Made by a program: the position numbers and the translations under genes. The notes beneath the pieces were generated by a model, which made no database searches, was not told the DNA's origin, and saw nothing but the letters and a program-made list of their open reading frames with translations. A stretch of DNA of 64,000 bases from Chrysomallon squamiferum (taxonomy: Eukaryota > Animalia > Mollusca). Positions 1 to 12,981 of this stretch are shown in pieces (the first letter of the stretch is position 1; every line of letters begins with the position of its first letter). The stretch is from assembly GCA_012295275.1 (NCBI GenBank), contig CM022669.1, positions 2,294,001 to 2,358,000 on the forward strand, given 5' to 3'.

Positions 1-177
1 AATCTGAATAATAATGGCAGATTTGGAATCCTTGTCGTATTTCCTTTTCAACAATACCAATTTTATGAATATTGGCCCAGTGGTGCTGTGGGATCCCAAT
101 CAACAATATACCAAGTTTCATAAAAAATCTGAGATGGTCGGGTTTAATACATTGGGTCATTTGACATAGAATGATCC
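1..177. mobile_element. Right end of a non-autonomous TIR-type interspersed repeat, same family as 63725..64000
   Basis: Shares blocks TCAACAATACCAATTTTATGAA and TGGTGCTGTGGGATCCCAATCAACAA with 63781-63950. Bases 153-177 (TGGGTCATTTGACATAGAATGATCC) approximate the reverse complement of 63725-63749. Confidence 0.65.
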
Positions 178-290
178 AAATACAAAAACAATGAAACAAA
201 ACATTTCAAAGAATATTTACTCATCACCTGTTACTTTATGACTCGGTGTCAGAGTGATTTATAAACTATTTGATGACTGCAGAAACGTAC

Positions 291-1570
291 CTCTAAATCA
301 GCCTCTGCTGATTTTGGACCAAAGCCACCAAAATAATAGATACGTTTATCAATAACAGCACACTGCAGTTTGTCTCTCGAACTGGGCTTTTGACCTTCAC
401 AATTCAATACTGTCCATATTCTGGTATCTGCAGTGTGATATTTAACTTTATGATATAACTATTTTTTTGAGATAAAATAAATATATCCTTTGAAAAAATA
501 TATTTACCACCTGCATCAATATTAATCAAATTTATGCTTGACACTTAATGAAATAGATAGAACAGTTACTATTCATAGAGCAAAATGTAAGATACATATT
601 TTCCCATTTTGTCCCTGGAGTGGAAAACTGCTTATCTTTTACTTTCAATAATAATTAATATATTAATGATTTTTTCTCTTGCTCATTTAATCATAAAATA
701 AACTGTTAAAACTAATAATTAATTCGTGACTTACAGTTACAGTGACTTTAAAATTTAAAAGACATATTGTTTGATTACAATAAAATCAAATAGTAATATA
801 CAAAATAATAAATTTGATTTTAAGAATTCCCAGATGCAGTGCCGATATCACTTATTTAGTTAATAATATTTTTAAATCAAACAATTTAGTATATTCTGTA
901 ATTTGCTGGTTTGAACAGATAACAAACAAATGCTACCTGCATAGTTCAGTACCATTCATTGATTCAATAAAACTCAGATTTAATAGTTCATTATTATTTT
1001 TAATTTTTTTTTAAATTCATTAAACTTAAAGTAACCAATTTTCGTATCTTTTTTCATCGATCATGTGACTAATCTTTATGTATTTAATCACTAAATTACC
1101 TATGTCAAAAACATAGAGATCATCAAACCATCCAAAAGCTTGACTTAATCCTCCAAAAAGGTAAAGTTTGTTTCCTACTGCAGCTAATGCAGCCGCACAT
1201 CGAGGAGGTGGAAGACTTCCCTTCACGGACAATTTTGTCCAAATCTGATTGCTGGCAGCTGTAAAGGGAATTAACAAAAATAATAATAATGTAGAAAATG
1301 AATGCAGTACTGCTAACTTATTAACAAGTTATTATTAATTATTTAATTTCACAGCCTATAGTAATTACCTGGGTCAAACTCAAACAAATCATTTGATTCT
1401 CGCAGATCTTTTCCGTCTTGAGAAACACCGCCGAACACGTAACTTTTGTTATTTAAAGCACAGCTAATGTGCCCCTCGCCACAAGGAAAATCGCAAGAAA
1501 TCTTTTTCCATGTTACGGAAATGTCATTTGGCAGTGATTCTGCAACACTGCTTCTGCTTGCTCCTGCCAT
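291..1570 (-). CDS. Kelch-repeat protein, KLHDC1/KLHDC2-like; first three exons (1570-1369, 1258-1100, 427-291), continues beyond the left edge
   Basis: GT-AG exons join in phase. Three kelch repeats: GEGHISCALNNKSYVFGG, PPPRCAAALAAVGNKLYLFGG...WFDDLYVFD, PSSRDKLQCAVIDKRIYYFGGFGP. Confidence 0.88.
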
Positions 1571-2447
1571 CTTCAGATGAGTATTTTTCCTTGTTTGGAA
1601 TTAATAAACTTTCCCGCAATTTTTCTTTCCTGAAATCTGAAAGGAACGGTGTTTAGATTTTTCTGTTGTTGTAATTTCCTTTGTTTTTGAAGAAGAACAA
1701 AATAAATTCCTTTTCTTTGTTTGAAATTAATTATTATGTGTAAAAATATACAGTTCTAAAGAAACATTATTTACTTAATAATAAATAAAGAAGGCTTTAT
1801 ATCAACAAAGGAATAATATCAAGTTAATGTTTCAACTGAGAATCAAAGGAGGAAATTACATTTTGATATCAATATTTATAGCCTCAATTGCATTTATTTT
1901 CTATATTTTGAAACCGAGACATGTCATGTTAAAAGTGTATTTTAAACCAGACTGAAGACATAAATATATTTAAGAATCACTACTATCGTTTTATCTTCGT
2001 TTTTATAATTCAGATTACGATGTTGGTTTAATTATTGTTTTTATGTTTTATTTATATATTTATTTTCAGTTATTTATATTAACTCATTCTTTTTGTTCAG
2101 TTTATTTTAAACAGTTACTAACTCATAACTGAGTTAGTAGTTACCGAGTTAGTTTTAATATCGTATTTATTAATATTACTGTTGCTCATTTATTGTTAGT
2201 GTTAATTAAAAGCACATGTTTGTATAAAATTAATTTGAAGATTTCTTGGTTATAGACATATTGTTCGACATCGACAAATTGAAAAGAAAAAAACACCCCA
2301 CTTAAAATGACTTATATTAATCATATTGTTTATGATTTATGAATGTTTAGATTATACATGAAGTACTGTGGTAATACTTATGAAGATGTAAAATCCTTAT
2401 GATATATTATATTAATATATTTAATATTTTCATTTTTGTAGATTGTA

Positions 2448-5400
2448 ATGCCGACTGTAATTGCATTAGATGTTTCTCTCTCTATGAGTCGACCAGTTTT
2501 TATTCCAGATTGTTCTGAAGAATATGAACGAAGACACCTAGCTGTGAATGGAATAAATTCATTATTAGATTTTATGACACAGAACTGCAAACTAGAATTT
2601 TTTTCACTGGTAATAATCTTCTGTTATATTTGTTGAAAGGAAATTTTATTGCAAATTCAAAAAGTCAGTAAATAATTTTATCATTTTATGAGTAAATGAA
2701 ATAATGTGTGTGGAATAAATTGTGAATGTTTATCTGCCATATAAGTTAGTGTTGTGAATTATAATTATGTAAGGCTTGTGTGTTTCAAAATTAACATCAG
2801 CATCTAAATAAATTTTATGATGTATTTACCAGCATAAAATTCAGCAGATGCCAAAATGATGCATGTTTTATATTCCTTTTCTGTAGAATCTCCTTGTGTT
2901 ATATAACAGAAATCTTTTTAAAGACAAATTTAAATTTTATCCTAGGAATGTTATTTGTTGTTCTGAAAAAAACATAATTAGACTTGTAGTTGTTGGTGTT
3001 TTTTTCAGGTTGTATTTTCTTATCTTTGGGATCAGCTTGTAACCTTTACAAGAGATTTTGACACAATCAAAGCAGCATTAAATAAAGTTGAAATTTACAA
3101 CAAAACATGTATAGAGTCTGTGTTAGCTGGGATTAAAACTCTGATAGCAGATGAGTGGAGCACTATTACACCAAGCCAGGTATTTTTTGTTTGTATGGCA
3201 TATTATCCCATACTACTACACTGCTAACAAGCATTAATTGTATTAGTCAAATAATAAAATATTGTTTCATACCTCCAAGTAATCATTTGTTTCATTTTAA
3301 AATTTGTCTTTCTGATTATGAATAAAGAACCTAAATAAAGACTTTAAACAGTTAGTTTTTGAAATAATATTTTAAAGTTATTAATAAAATGTGTGCAGGA
3401 CTGAGACTGGCAAAGATATAGTATATTATATGTTGTTTGTTAATAATAATTTTTTTTTTTTATTTAATCTTAATGAGTAACAGTTTTATGTTACAGATTA
3501 TTTTAATAACTGATGGTAATCCAGGTACAGGGGCAGGTTCTTTAAAACAGTCACTAGAGAGAGCAGGAAAATCACCTGAAGAGAAGTTTCCTCTTCCATT
3601 TGCCTTTCCATGCATCCTGAATATTGTGTGTTTAGCAAACCCCAATGATGTTGATCTACAGAATTCGCTCCCCTTGTATCATAAACTTGTTGAACTGAGT
3701 GGTTTTGGTGGAGAGGTTTTTGTTCCTGAGGCATCACTTACTATGAAGTCTGTGCAAGAGATGTTTCTTCGACTTGCAAACAAATATTACACACCTTTTT
3801 ATGGAAACCTAATATGTGGAAATATGAAATGTTCTGTGCAGTTATATCCTTCACCTAACTCTTGTTTACAGTAACTATCATTTTATACAATTTTACTGTT
3901 ACAGAATGTTGTTTTTAAAATAAATAAAAAATGATAAAAATAAACTTTGAAGTAAGACATTTTAAATTATAACTGGATAGTATTTAGGGCCAGATCTTTG
4001 GTTTCAAAAAGAAAGGTTTTCTGTTTCTTGTTTTGAAAGTAATGAGTTTTATGGGCCTCTTATGTAAGATTTGTAGTGAATAAATGAAGTAAGAAAAAAA
4101 GAAAAATGTTAATTTTATAAAACTATTTACTTTTATTTTTTAATATTTAATTTTCCATACAGAAATCCCACAGGGAGTAAACCACTTCTTTCAAACACTT
4201 TGAAAATTTGTGGATTTCTGGATATTGCAGATGTATCTAGCCCACCAACAATATCACGACACCTTGTGCTACCTGTTGGAACAAAGGAAAAAGAAAATGG
4301 TCAGTTTTAATAATTATTTACTTTATTTTTAGCAATATATTTGTCTAACATCATAGAATGTTTGATCAGCATTGTGTTTACACAATACTGAAATTAAGTT
4401 ATTTTTTAATTTATTTTTTTCTAAATGTAAGCTAAAATTCACATTATATACAAATATATTTCTTGTAAAATGTGGGGGAAAATGTGTAAAACTATTTCTA
4501 TTTGTAGAAAATGAACAGAAAGGAATGAAAAATGATGATGCTGATGTAACAGATGATGGTCGTATTCCAGCATTCACAGTGCTTCTACATGGAAGTCTCA
4601 AGGTTGAGAGTATGGTTGCACTTACACAAGTTGGGTGTGTTCTCAATTTGTACAACTGCTTAGTTTCTTCTTCATTAATCAACTTTATAGTCAGTCACTG
4701 TCTTACTCTAATCTTGAAAAATGAAAAAATATTCCCTTTGACTATAAGATGAACATGCTTATAAATATCAGCTGAAAGTTCAAACATTTCCCTTTTGGAC
4801 AAATAATTCAGAAATCTGGGACTTTACTGGATTAGCTTCAGGGAATGGAGGGTGTTGTGGCATAACTTCTCCAAGTTAGCTCTAAGGATGCTACTGTAAT
4901 CTCTGTATCTGTCAGTTTTAAAATCAGTGGTTAACAATATTTATCAGTATCTGTTTATTTCAGAGAAGACTGGTATGGTATTATGTATTCATGGGCTGAC
5001 AGCAAGAAGAAATCTAACCTAATACTCGCTCTGTTTGAGCAAGGTAATTTGTTGTGATATCTGTATCAAATTGACTACTTATTCGTAATCTCATACTTCT
5101 TTTTATTTTTGGTTACCATTCTTAAAAAACAAGTGTTTTTAATAACACTTCTGGAATAAATTCGGGATAAGTCGCAGAAGTTTAGACATTTCTCAAATGT
5201 AGGACATAAGCCTCCCAGGACAAAAGCACCCACAGTCCAAATAACAGCCAGGTGTGGTTTTGTCTACATTTTTGGTTTACATCCATATTTGTTCTGCCTC
5301 TTCACAGTGTAAACGTTTTATAAAATAATTTACTTTAATAAAAGTATCCATTTCCAGTCCTGCCAATAATTACAAAAATGAAATAATATATTTATTGTTT

Positions 5401-7497
5401 GTAGTATACAAACAGCACTAACCTGTTGAAAATAAATTACTTCTTAGGTCTTGATACTTTATCCTGGCTTGGAAATTTTGATAACCTGGCATCCATGTCT
5501 GAATTTAATGAATCGCCATATGGAGAAGATGACAGCAAAACTCCATTTCCAGTAAGACCAGCAGAAAAACACAGTTATGCGCAGAGTTGTGTAGTCTGGA
5601 TAAAACCATCTGGGCTTCAGGTTTGTTTCTAAAGATTTTTTCTGTATTTCACACTCCTTGACATGATTCAGATCAAATCAAACATATTTATTATTAAAAG
5701 TAAAAACTATAAAGATCCAAAAGAATATAGATGTATATATATATATAATTTTCAAATAGTTGATAAGATTATATATTATCAATAAAAAATGAAATAAAAA
5801 AGATATGAATTTAAGGTCATCTTTTCATTAAGTCGAATCTAGAGTTTTAAATTTTTCCTTAAAAGAAATGTTACAGAATACAGTGGTACCTTGACTTATG
5901 AGTTTAATTTGTTCTTTGACTGACATCTTAACTCAGTTTGCTCGTATATCAAACCAGCTTTCCCAACTGAAATTAATTGAAATACCATTAATCCGTTAAA
6001 ACCCATAAAAACCACCCCATTTCTATTTGTAACGTGTTTTTAAATTAAAAAAATGTATTCATAAACTATTGTATAAAAATCAAATAAAACAGAATGTAAA
6101 GAAATATAAAGTATATTTATCTTGGACATCAGACACATTATTTTAATGCCTTATTTTAGCTGGAGTTATAGCCTTTATCGATTCCTGCTTCAGTATGGGT
6201 ACATAACGTTTCAACTGCCTAGCCAAGTTGACTACATGCTCATTTCTTTCTGTAATTTCATGCTTTAATTCAATGGACATCACCCGCTTCTTCTTCTCAG
6301 CACTGTCCTTTGCACTCACTTTCTTAGGATCAATGGTCAGAAAAAAGAAATTTGGCAAAATATTGTACAAAACATGAGAACAACACAACAGAGATAGTCT
6401 GCGGCAAGGTAACCACATGAAGTAAACGAGTGAGACGTGGGATGCTGGGCAGATTTTCTTTTGTTCATTGCACCAACTAGTGGTGGCATATCTGAAGCTC
6501 GCTCATAACTTGGATTTTGGCTTGCAACTCAAAGCAAAAAATCAACCAGCTTTAACTCAGAAAACTCATAAGTTGGTGCACTCGTAAGTTGAGGTATCAC
6601 TGTATTTCAAATTCAATTTATGTTTAATTGTGTTAACTAATTACTTCCATCAAATTGACAATGTTCTTTAATTAAGGCCCTAATTATTCTTCTCTTTTGA
6701 ATTTCTATTACATAATATTGAGTACTTTTGAAAAAAAATTATTTTCTTTTTTTGTTTCTTTATTTATAAAAGTGTTCTTTAAAATGTCTGTTTGGAATAT
6801 TTTGTTGATGATTGTTTTTGTCTTTATGTTTCCTTCTCATGTTTTTGTTTTAGGCTGACTTGCAAAAAGTGCTAAGACATGCCAGAAAACTTCCTGATAA
6901 ACAGCAACAGTTTTACAAAGTATGGAGCATTGTTTCTTCTTTTAAATATTATTTCTGATATTCAAAAGAAAATATTGTTTTCACTAATAGTATGTACATA
7001 CACATACAGAGACTTAGTGGGAGAGAAAAACAGATATTATTATACATGAACAAATGCATTTATGAAAAAATTTAAATTATTTAGTTAGTCTTTATACATC
7101 TTTCTTCAAATATAATTAGTGTAAAATTACCTTGTGATAAATAATAGTTTTTTTCAAGTGTATATTCCAGATTAAATACAAATACAAATTAACAAAATTT
7201 CCTAGCATCCGTAATGAATTATAACATTAGATCATTCTTACTATCTTACTCCCAACATACTTTCCACAGGAATTGAATAGAATTCGCCGAGCAGCTCTTG
7301 CATTTGGATTCTATGAACTGTTGGAAGCTATGGCAGCCATGTTGGAAAGGGAGTGCACCATGTTACCAGGGACTGCACATCCTAGTGCTGCTATGCAACT
7401 CACTCATGCAGCTAATGCCCTGCGAAGTGACTCAGCCAAAGATGTCACTGTTACTGTCATGCCATTACAGACTAATTTTAGTGGTGAAGATGGTTGA
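2448..7497 (+). CDS. INTS14: Integrator complex subunit 14 (VWA9), about 505 aa; exons 2448-2609, 3009-3179, 3497-3870, 4163-4299, 4508-4634, 4964-5043, 5448-5620, 6854-6919, 7270-7497
   Basis: All nine exons join in frame with GT-AG boundaries. Recognised motifs: MPTVIALDVSLSMSRP, FTVLLHGSLKVE, WADSKKKSNL, SYAQSCVVWIKPSGLQ, FYKELNRIRRAALAFGF. Confidence 0.96.
5881..6602 (-). mobile_element. pogo/Tigger-like internally deleted DNA transposon, copy 1, in INTS14 intron 7
   Basis: TIRs CAGTGGTACCTTGACTTATGAG ... CTCGTAAGTTGAGGTATCACTG with TA on both sides. Remnant ORF PKKVSAKDSAEKKKRVMSIELKHEI resembles the Tigger/CENP-B N-terminal HTH. Confidence 0.9.
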
Positions 7498-8270
7498 ATT
7501 TTATTACTTAAATAGGAAAAAGAGGAAATATTTTCCAAAACCTGGAAATTGGTTCAGTTTTATATAGTAGCATTTTAAAATTGTTTTTCTAAGAAACATG
7601 GTGTGGTTTAACATTTATGTGACAGAATGAAAGACTGATGGGAGCATGATGAAATCTATCTCTTTTTACAAGAATATGATTACAAATTTTTACTTTATAA
7701 TAAATTCCCAATAAATGTTTGAAATTAATTTGTTGCTTAAGTCATAAAATGTTTCATAAGAACATATTCAGTGTTGAAATGTTTGTTTTAATAAAGTTTC
7801 AGATACTACAACAGAACCAAACTAAGAAAGAAAAAAGTAAGTAACTGATTCATAAGAGTTACAAAATAATCTGAGAATAGATTTTATATAGATTGTTATT
7901 CTCAGAGATAGCTGGTAGAAATCTTTTTTTTTTTTTAATTCATAAATTTTCCAGTGTGACAATTGGTTTTATTAATATTATGCTGTAACAATCTCCAGCA
8001 TACATCATTCATACAAGTCTTGAGAGAACTTATCTCATAGACAACAGGATTTGGAATATCATATCCACAGTAATATGCATGCAGTAGATTTAAAAAAACA
8101 TAACAAAAAGAAATGTTTCACTTGGATTTATTTAAAGCATCATATCAAATATTAATAAATGTAAACAATCTTTGTAAATATTCTAAAAATAAAAAATATC
8201 AGTCACAACTTCATAAATATTTGAAACTAAATTCTTATATAAAATTACTATATTAGTTTCACAGCAACAG

Positions 8271-8477
8271 AAAAACATGCATTGTTGAATGTCATTTGAT
8301 TATTAAGTAGCATAAATTTCTCTTATGATAATATCACAACACCTTAAATAAATATATAAAATAAACAGTTTCATTTTTGAAAAACATGCTTTGTGGAATG
8401 TTATTTGATTTTTAAGTAGTATAAATTTCTCAATACAATAATATCACATCTAAAATAATAAATATATAAAACAAACA
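8271..8477. repeat. Degenerate tandem duplication of about 109 bp
   Basis: AAAACATGC...GAATG...TAAGTAG.ATAAATTTCTC...ATAATATCAC...AAATATATAAAA occurs at both 8271-8367 and 8380-8477. Confidence 0.7.
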
Positions 8478-8951
8478 TTGTTTCTTTCACATCTCTGTCT
8501 TAACTGACCGTAACAAGAAAACTTTGAAAATAAATATAAAAAATATAATTCACTGTGCTAATCAAAACCACACTATTTAGTATTTACAATAAAAAAAATA
8601 TTGTAAAAAGTATATATGGCTAATATTTATTTGGAAAAAAGCTGTGGCTAATAATTTTATGACAGCAGAGATTGCTTTTTAGATGATTTGTGCTATTTTA
8701 AGGAGTACATTTCATCAGCAAAAGCATATCAGTATATATGTCTAAAATAATTTATTTGATATATCAAGATGTGACAAATTTAACTACTTGTATTTTTCAT
8801 ACTGACATTTCTATACATTTTTCTTGATGACTTTTATTTATATTTAAATTTTCAATGTCAAAGTTGTACTTCTTTTAATATCGGACAAGTTTCTTAATAG
8901 ACTGGTATCACCAAGAATACAATGATAGGCCATATTTGATATTTAAAATCA

Positions 8952-9314
8952 TCATCTTTTAATGTTCAGTTCTGACAAATCACCACAGCTCATAACCTTC
9001 CTGATGGCATATTCTGACTCATATGTATCACCAATTGTTTGCAATGTTTTTCCACAAGTATTGCAGAGATACTTGTCTCCCATCAGTCGCAAGAGTTGAC
9101 CACAAACTCTGTGAATGTGAGCACTGTGGGGTCTTTCTGCTAGTCTTATATGTGGAGTGCTTAAACTCAGCCTGGCTGACGGTTCTGGTGTTATGATCTT
9201 ATGGGCTGTTGACATGGATACTTCAGTTGCTGGTATGGTTTCAGTGGTAACAGATTGTTCGGCTGTACTGTCTTTTTTTACCTCATCTGATTTTGGATCT
9301 GTTTTGCACCCCAT
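8952..9314 (-). CDS. Putative BH3-only protein (120 aa) with two tandem NOXA-like BH3 motifs
   Basis: Uninterrupted ORF from ATG 9314 (MGCKTDPK) to TGA, richer in GC than its flanks. Disordered S/T/E/P N-half, then VCGQLLRLMGDKYL and TCGKTLQTIGDTYE. A donor GTGAGT at 9838 suggests a non-coding first exon. Confidence 0.68.
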   Translation of the reverse strand: MGCKTDPKSDEVKKDSTAEQSVTTETIPATEVSMSTAHKIITPEPSARLSLSTPHIRLAERPHSAHIHRVCGQLLRLMGDKYLCNTCGKTLQTIGDTYESEYAIRKVMSCGDLSELNIKR

Positions 9315-9839
9315 TATTATGAACCTTTTCAAAGTTTATAAATAATAATAATAATATTAATATACTATTAAAATATAATTATTACAACATGAAAATTATA
9401 TTAGAAGTAATAATTTATTAATTATTTATTACTATCAGTTCAAGTAGTAATTTAATAATTCAGTACTGATGTGTGGTAATATAGTTCCGCTTTCGTTTAG
9501 GATAACATATATATTAAAAAGTAAAAAATAAAAATAAAAATACTCATCTTTAAGAACTTGAAAGTTTTATAAATGTCAATTTTAATTAAATAATCTTGTA
9601 AACACTAAAACAGTAAACTGTAAAGCCCCCGTGTACGAGTATTACATATTATACATAATATAAACTGAATAATAAATCACCAATATGAATATCGGAATAA
9701 CTAACAGAATATGTATTACTAATAGTAATATTACTATTAGTATTACTATTTATACATAATATTGGAAAATTTAATGCTCATACAAATTAACTAATTAAAT
9801 CAGTAATCTCAAACAAAAATGGATAAACGTTTACTCACA

Positions 9840-10422
9840 ATTAATTTAATTATTAAAAATATTTTGTTCAGTTCTAAACTACTGGCTACTCTCATAAATG
9901 GGGAATCCTCTACGAGTATAATGTATCTATCATAATCTAAATATGGAACATACTAACCGACATCGGTAGCAATCTACGCTCGAGTAATTATGAATTTCAG
10001 GATATGATGGAGTACTAGTCGATATCGTTTGTCAATTAATATCTTGAGGGTTACACAACTAGATTTATATAAAGTTTCTAACGTAATACGTTAGGTAATT
10101 AGTCTATCTTTTTATTAACTTATAAAATTCCGCCTGTGAATTTTTTTTTTTTTTTTTCTGCTATGGAATTAATTCCGATGTAACTGGTTGACAACAATTA
10201 ATGTTTATTAAGATGTAGTATCGATCGAAATTTAGAGACTACAATATTAAAAAAAATAATTTTATGACGTTTAACATGTATAAAGAATTGGCCAATCCTG
10301 TTTCACATTTTGATCATGTGGTATGACGTGTACCGGGAACAAATAATGCTATCTTGTTGTCCTATTCGGCCATTTTGAATAAGTTTTGTGGGAGAGTTTG
10401 GGGGGTAATATATACTTTAAAT
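9840..10422. promoter_or_regulatory. Probable bidirectional promoter between the BH3-motif gene and the MCL1-like gene
   Basis: CpG-containing interval between divergent ORFs. kB-like GGGGAATCCT at 9900, CCAAT at about 10291, CRE half-sites TGACGT at about 10265 and 10324. Motif matches only. Confidence 0.5.
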
Positions 10423-12981
10423 ATGGCAGGAGAGCCACATATGATGATTGATTCTTCAACAAACTTATCTGTGAATTACCGTAACAATATTTTCAAAGAA
10501 TTTACGAATTTTCTGCCTGTTTCAAAAGGGTTAAACGATATCGCTGGGTTCACAAATGAATCGAATAATTCGACTAGTGTATCTGGATCTCCGCTTGAAG
10601 CAGTCGGACGAGAGGCTGAAATTATTGCTTCAGATGTTATTATAAGTTTTACAACGGAAGACAACAGAAAACCACCAAACAAATACTGCAAAACCATGAG
10701 AAGAACTGTAAAAGAATTATTAGAACGACACAACATAGTGTTCAAGGGAATGGTCATGAAATTGAATGTTGAAGAAAGCAATGCTTTCCAAACATTCGTG
10801 AATATCGCAGATGAAATTTTCGATGATGGACAGATAAACTGGGGTAGAATTGTTGCTGTGTATGCCTTTGCTGTTCGTTTAGCTAAGCACTGTCAAGATA
10901 AAGAAAAAACTAACTTTCCACAAAGAATCTCCTTGTATGTTGGAAAATATGTTGGAAATAAATTGGGAAGCTGGATCCTGGACAATGGAGGATGGGTATG
11001 TATCTTTGCATGTTTTATTATGTTTATATTAACTTTTTGTCATCTACATCTCATCATTGTTAAATTGCCAGAGATGACAGTGATACAATATACTAGTATA
11101 CTCATCATACTGTATCCAAGCTTAATACTGTTATGATTATACTGTATAAACATTTAATATTAGTTACCTGATTGTTTAATCAGTTGATCTCAACATAAAC
11201 TAAACAGTTTGTACTATAGAGACACAAATTGAAGATATATACATGTACTGGATACCTTGGCGCCTGAGGCATTCCGGATTTCTGGATTTTCCGGTTTTCT
11301 GGTTCACCAAGGCATCTAAATACGTAAATAATTAGGCATAAACATTTTAAAATTAAAAACAAAGAAAACTGATGAGATACAACTGTGGCGACTTGACATG
11401 TAAACAATGCGGCGAGTGAATGAATGCCACACGGCTTGAAAGAGTAATTCTGGTCTGGTGAGGACAACACCTCCACATGCAAACTATGAAAATAGCATCT
11501 GGGGAAAAACTTCCGGATTTCCAGATGATGGATAATTGGTCTGGTACCTGTACTACAGCTTTTATAGAGCAAAAAAAAAAAAAATACTCCATATACTCCA
11601 TATATTCATTGGGTGAAAAATAACAACAAAACTTGTTAACAAATTTGAGAGCTTACTTGATACTTAAGCAACGAATGATTGCCATGCTAAAGGTATGTTT
11701 AATACTAGAGGATCTGGAGAATGCAAATTAGAACTAATGTTAACCTGGAATATTTTTATATGCAGCTGCTTTGATGCCATTCTCCAAAAGCCATAAAACT
11801 GATTCGAAATCCTGATTTTCTAAAAGCTACCATCATCAGATATCGCTGCATTGCTGCAGCAATTACATCCCTACAAAAGTATTCTAAAGAAATCTGGTAT
11901 TGCTGTATGTGAAATGATAAAAGCCATCATGCAAAAGCCATTTATTTGGTCATACCTTATTAGACAAATGCTGCAAATGAACAGTTCTTAACACACATAT
12001 GAGTTGGGTGCAGAGAATATAAATGTGACCAGATGGGTTTTTTCATTCCAGCTTCTGGGAAAAGGAAAACCCTTGACAATCTTTGAAAAGATGCCACTTG
12101 TATTCAGTACACCATTTCTGTAGATTCTGTGGACTCCTATTTCAGAAATGGTTACATTGCCCAAATGCACAACTCCTACTGGTAACCAGGAAGATAACAT
12201 AACTATGTATAGCAAAAGAGGGTGTGTGTGTGTGTAAAACCTCTTAACAAAATCATGTGTAAATAAATTAACCTATATTGATTTATGTCATGACCAGCAA
12301 GTATACCTATTTGCTGTTTATTATTTTCTTTGGACCAGTGAATTTCCAGCCTCCCCAGTCAATAGTAAAGTCGGAAGGGCGAGAGAGAGAGAAATGCCTA
12401 ATGTATGATCAGAAAATCTTTATTAAAAAGAAAGAAAAAAGCAGCTATTCCTAACCTATCATTAAGTGTAAAATGATCAGAAGAGCTGATTGAATCTGCA
12501 TCCAGATGATATGTTTTCCAAGTTTGCTGTCATATAAAAAAGTATTTACATAGTAATTAAAATAGATTTGTTGCTTGATATAAACGTGTAACTTAATATC
12601 ACTTGAAATTCCCTAATTGTAGATTAAACCTACAGCATAGTCTCGAATAGTCAGATACTTTGCTTTTACTTAATTTATACTTACTTTTTGAACGTGCAGG
12701 CACAAATAAGTATGTGCAGGTTTCCAACTCATTTTTGTGACATAATTTATACTTTTGAATTTCAAAAATTATATTGTTGTTGTTTATACATCAAGGAATC
12801 AAAAAGAAAAGAAGAAAAACCCACTTATTTTTGTTCTTTATTTTATTTTTTTTATTTTTTTCAGGAGGCATTTGCTGAACATTTTCCTGATCAAGGTGAA
12901 TTTGAAGATAAGGTGTGGAAAGGACTTCTCTTCACAGCAGTTGGACTTGGTGCATTAGCTACAGTAGTAGCAGCAAGATAG
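10423..12981 (+). CDS. Bcl-2 family pro-survival protein, MCL1-like, about 229 aa; exons 10423-10995 and 12865-12981
   Basis: BH1 FDDGQINWGRIV and BH2 WILDNGGW|EAF split by the family-typical phase-0 intron. KTMRRTVKELLERHNIVFKGMVMKLNV resembles MCL1 helices 2-3. C-terminal TM GLLFTAVGLGALATVVAAR. Confidence 0.93.
11248..11550. mobile_element. Possible degenerate MITE in the MCL1-like intron
   Basis: GC-richer island flanked by TA, with repeated TTCCGGATTT motifs near both ends and only weak terminal complementarity. Confidence 0.35.

Noticed and set aside
9330-10420. p53 response element upstream of the NOXA-like ORF
   Set aside because: No convincing paired RRRCWWGYYY half-sites found by eye.
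10354-11136. Single-exon 260-aa Bcl-2 protein with a hydrophobic tail, as in the ORF track
   Set aside because: It uses a TTG start and reads through the conserved GGW|GT donor. The true TM exon is at 12865-12981.
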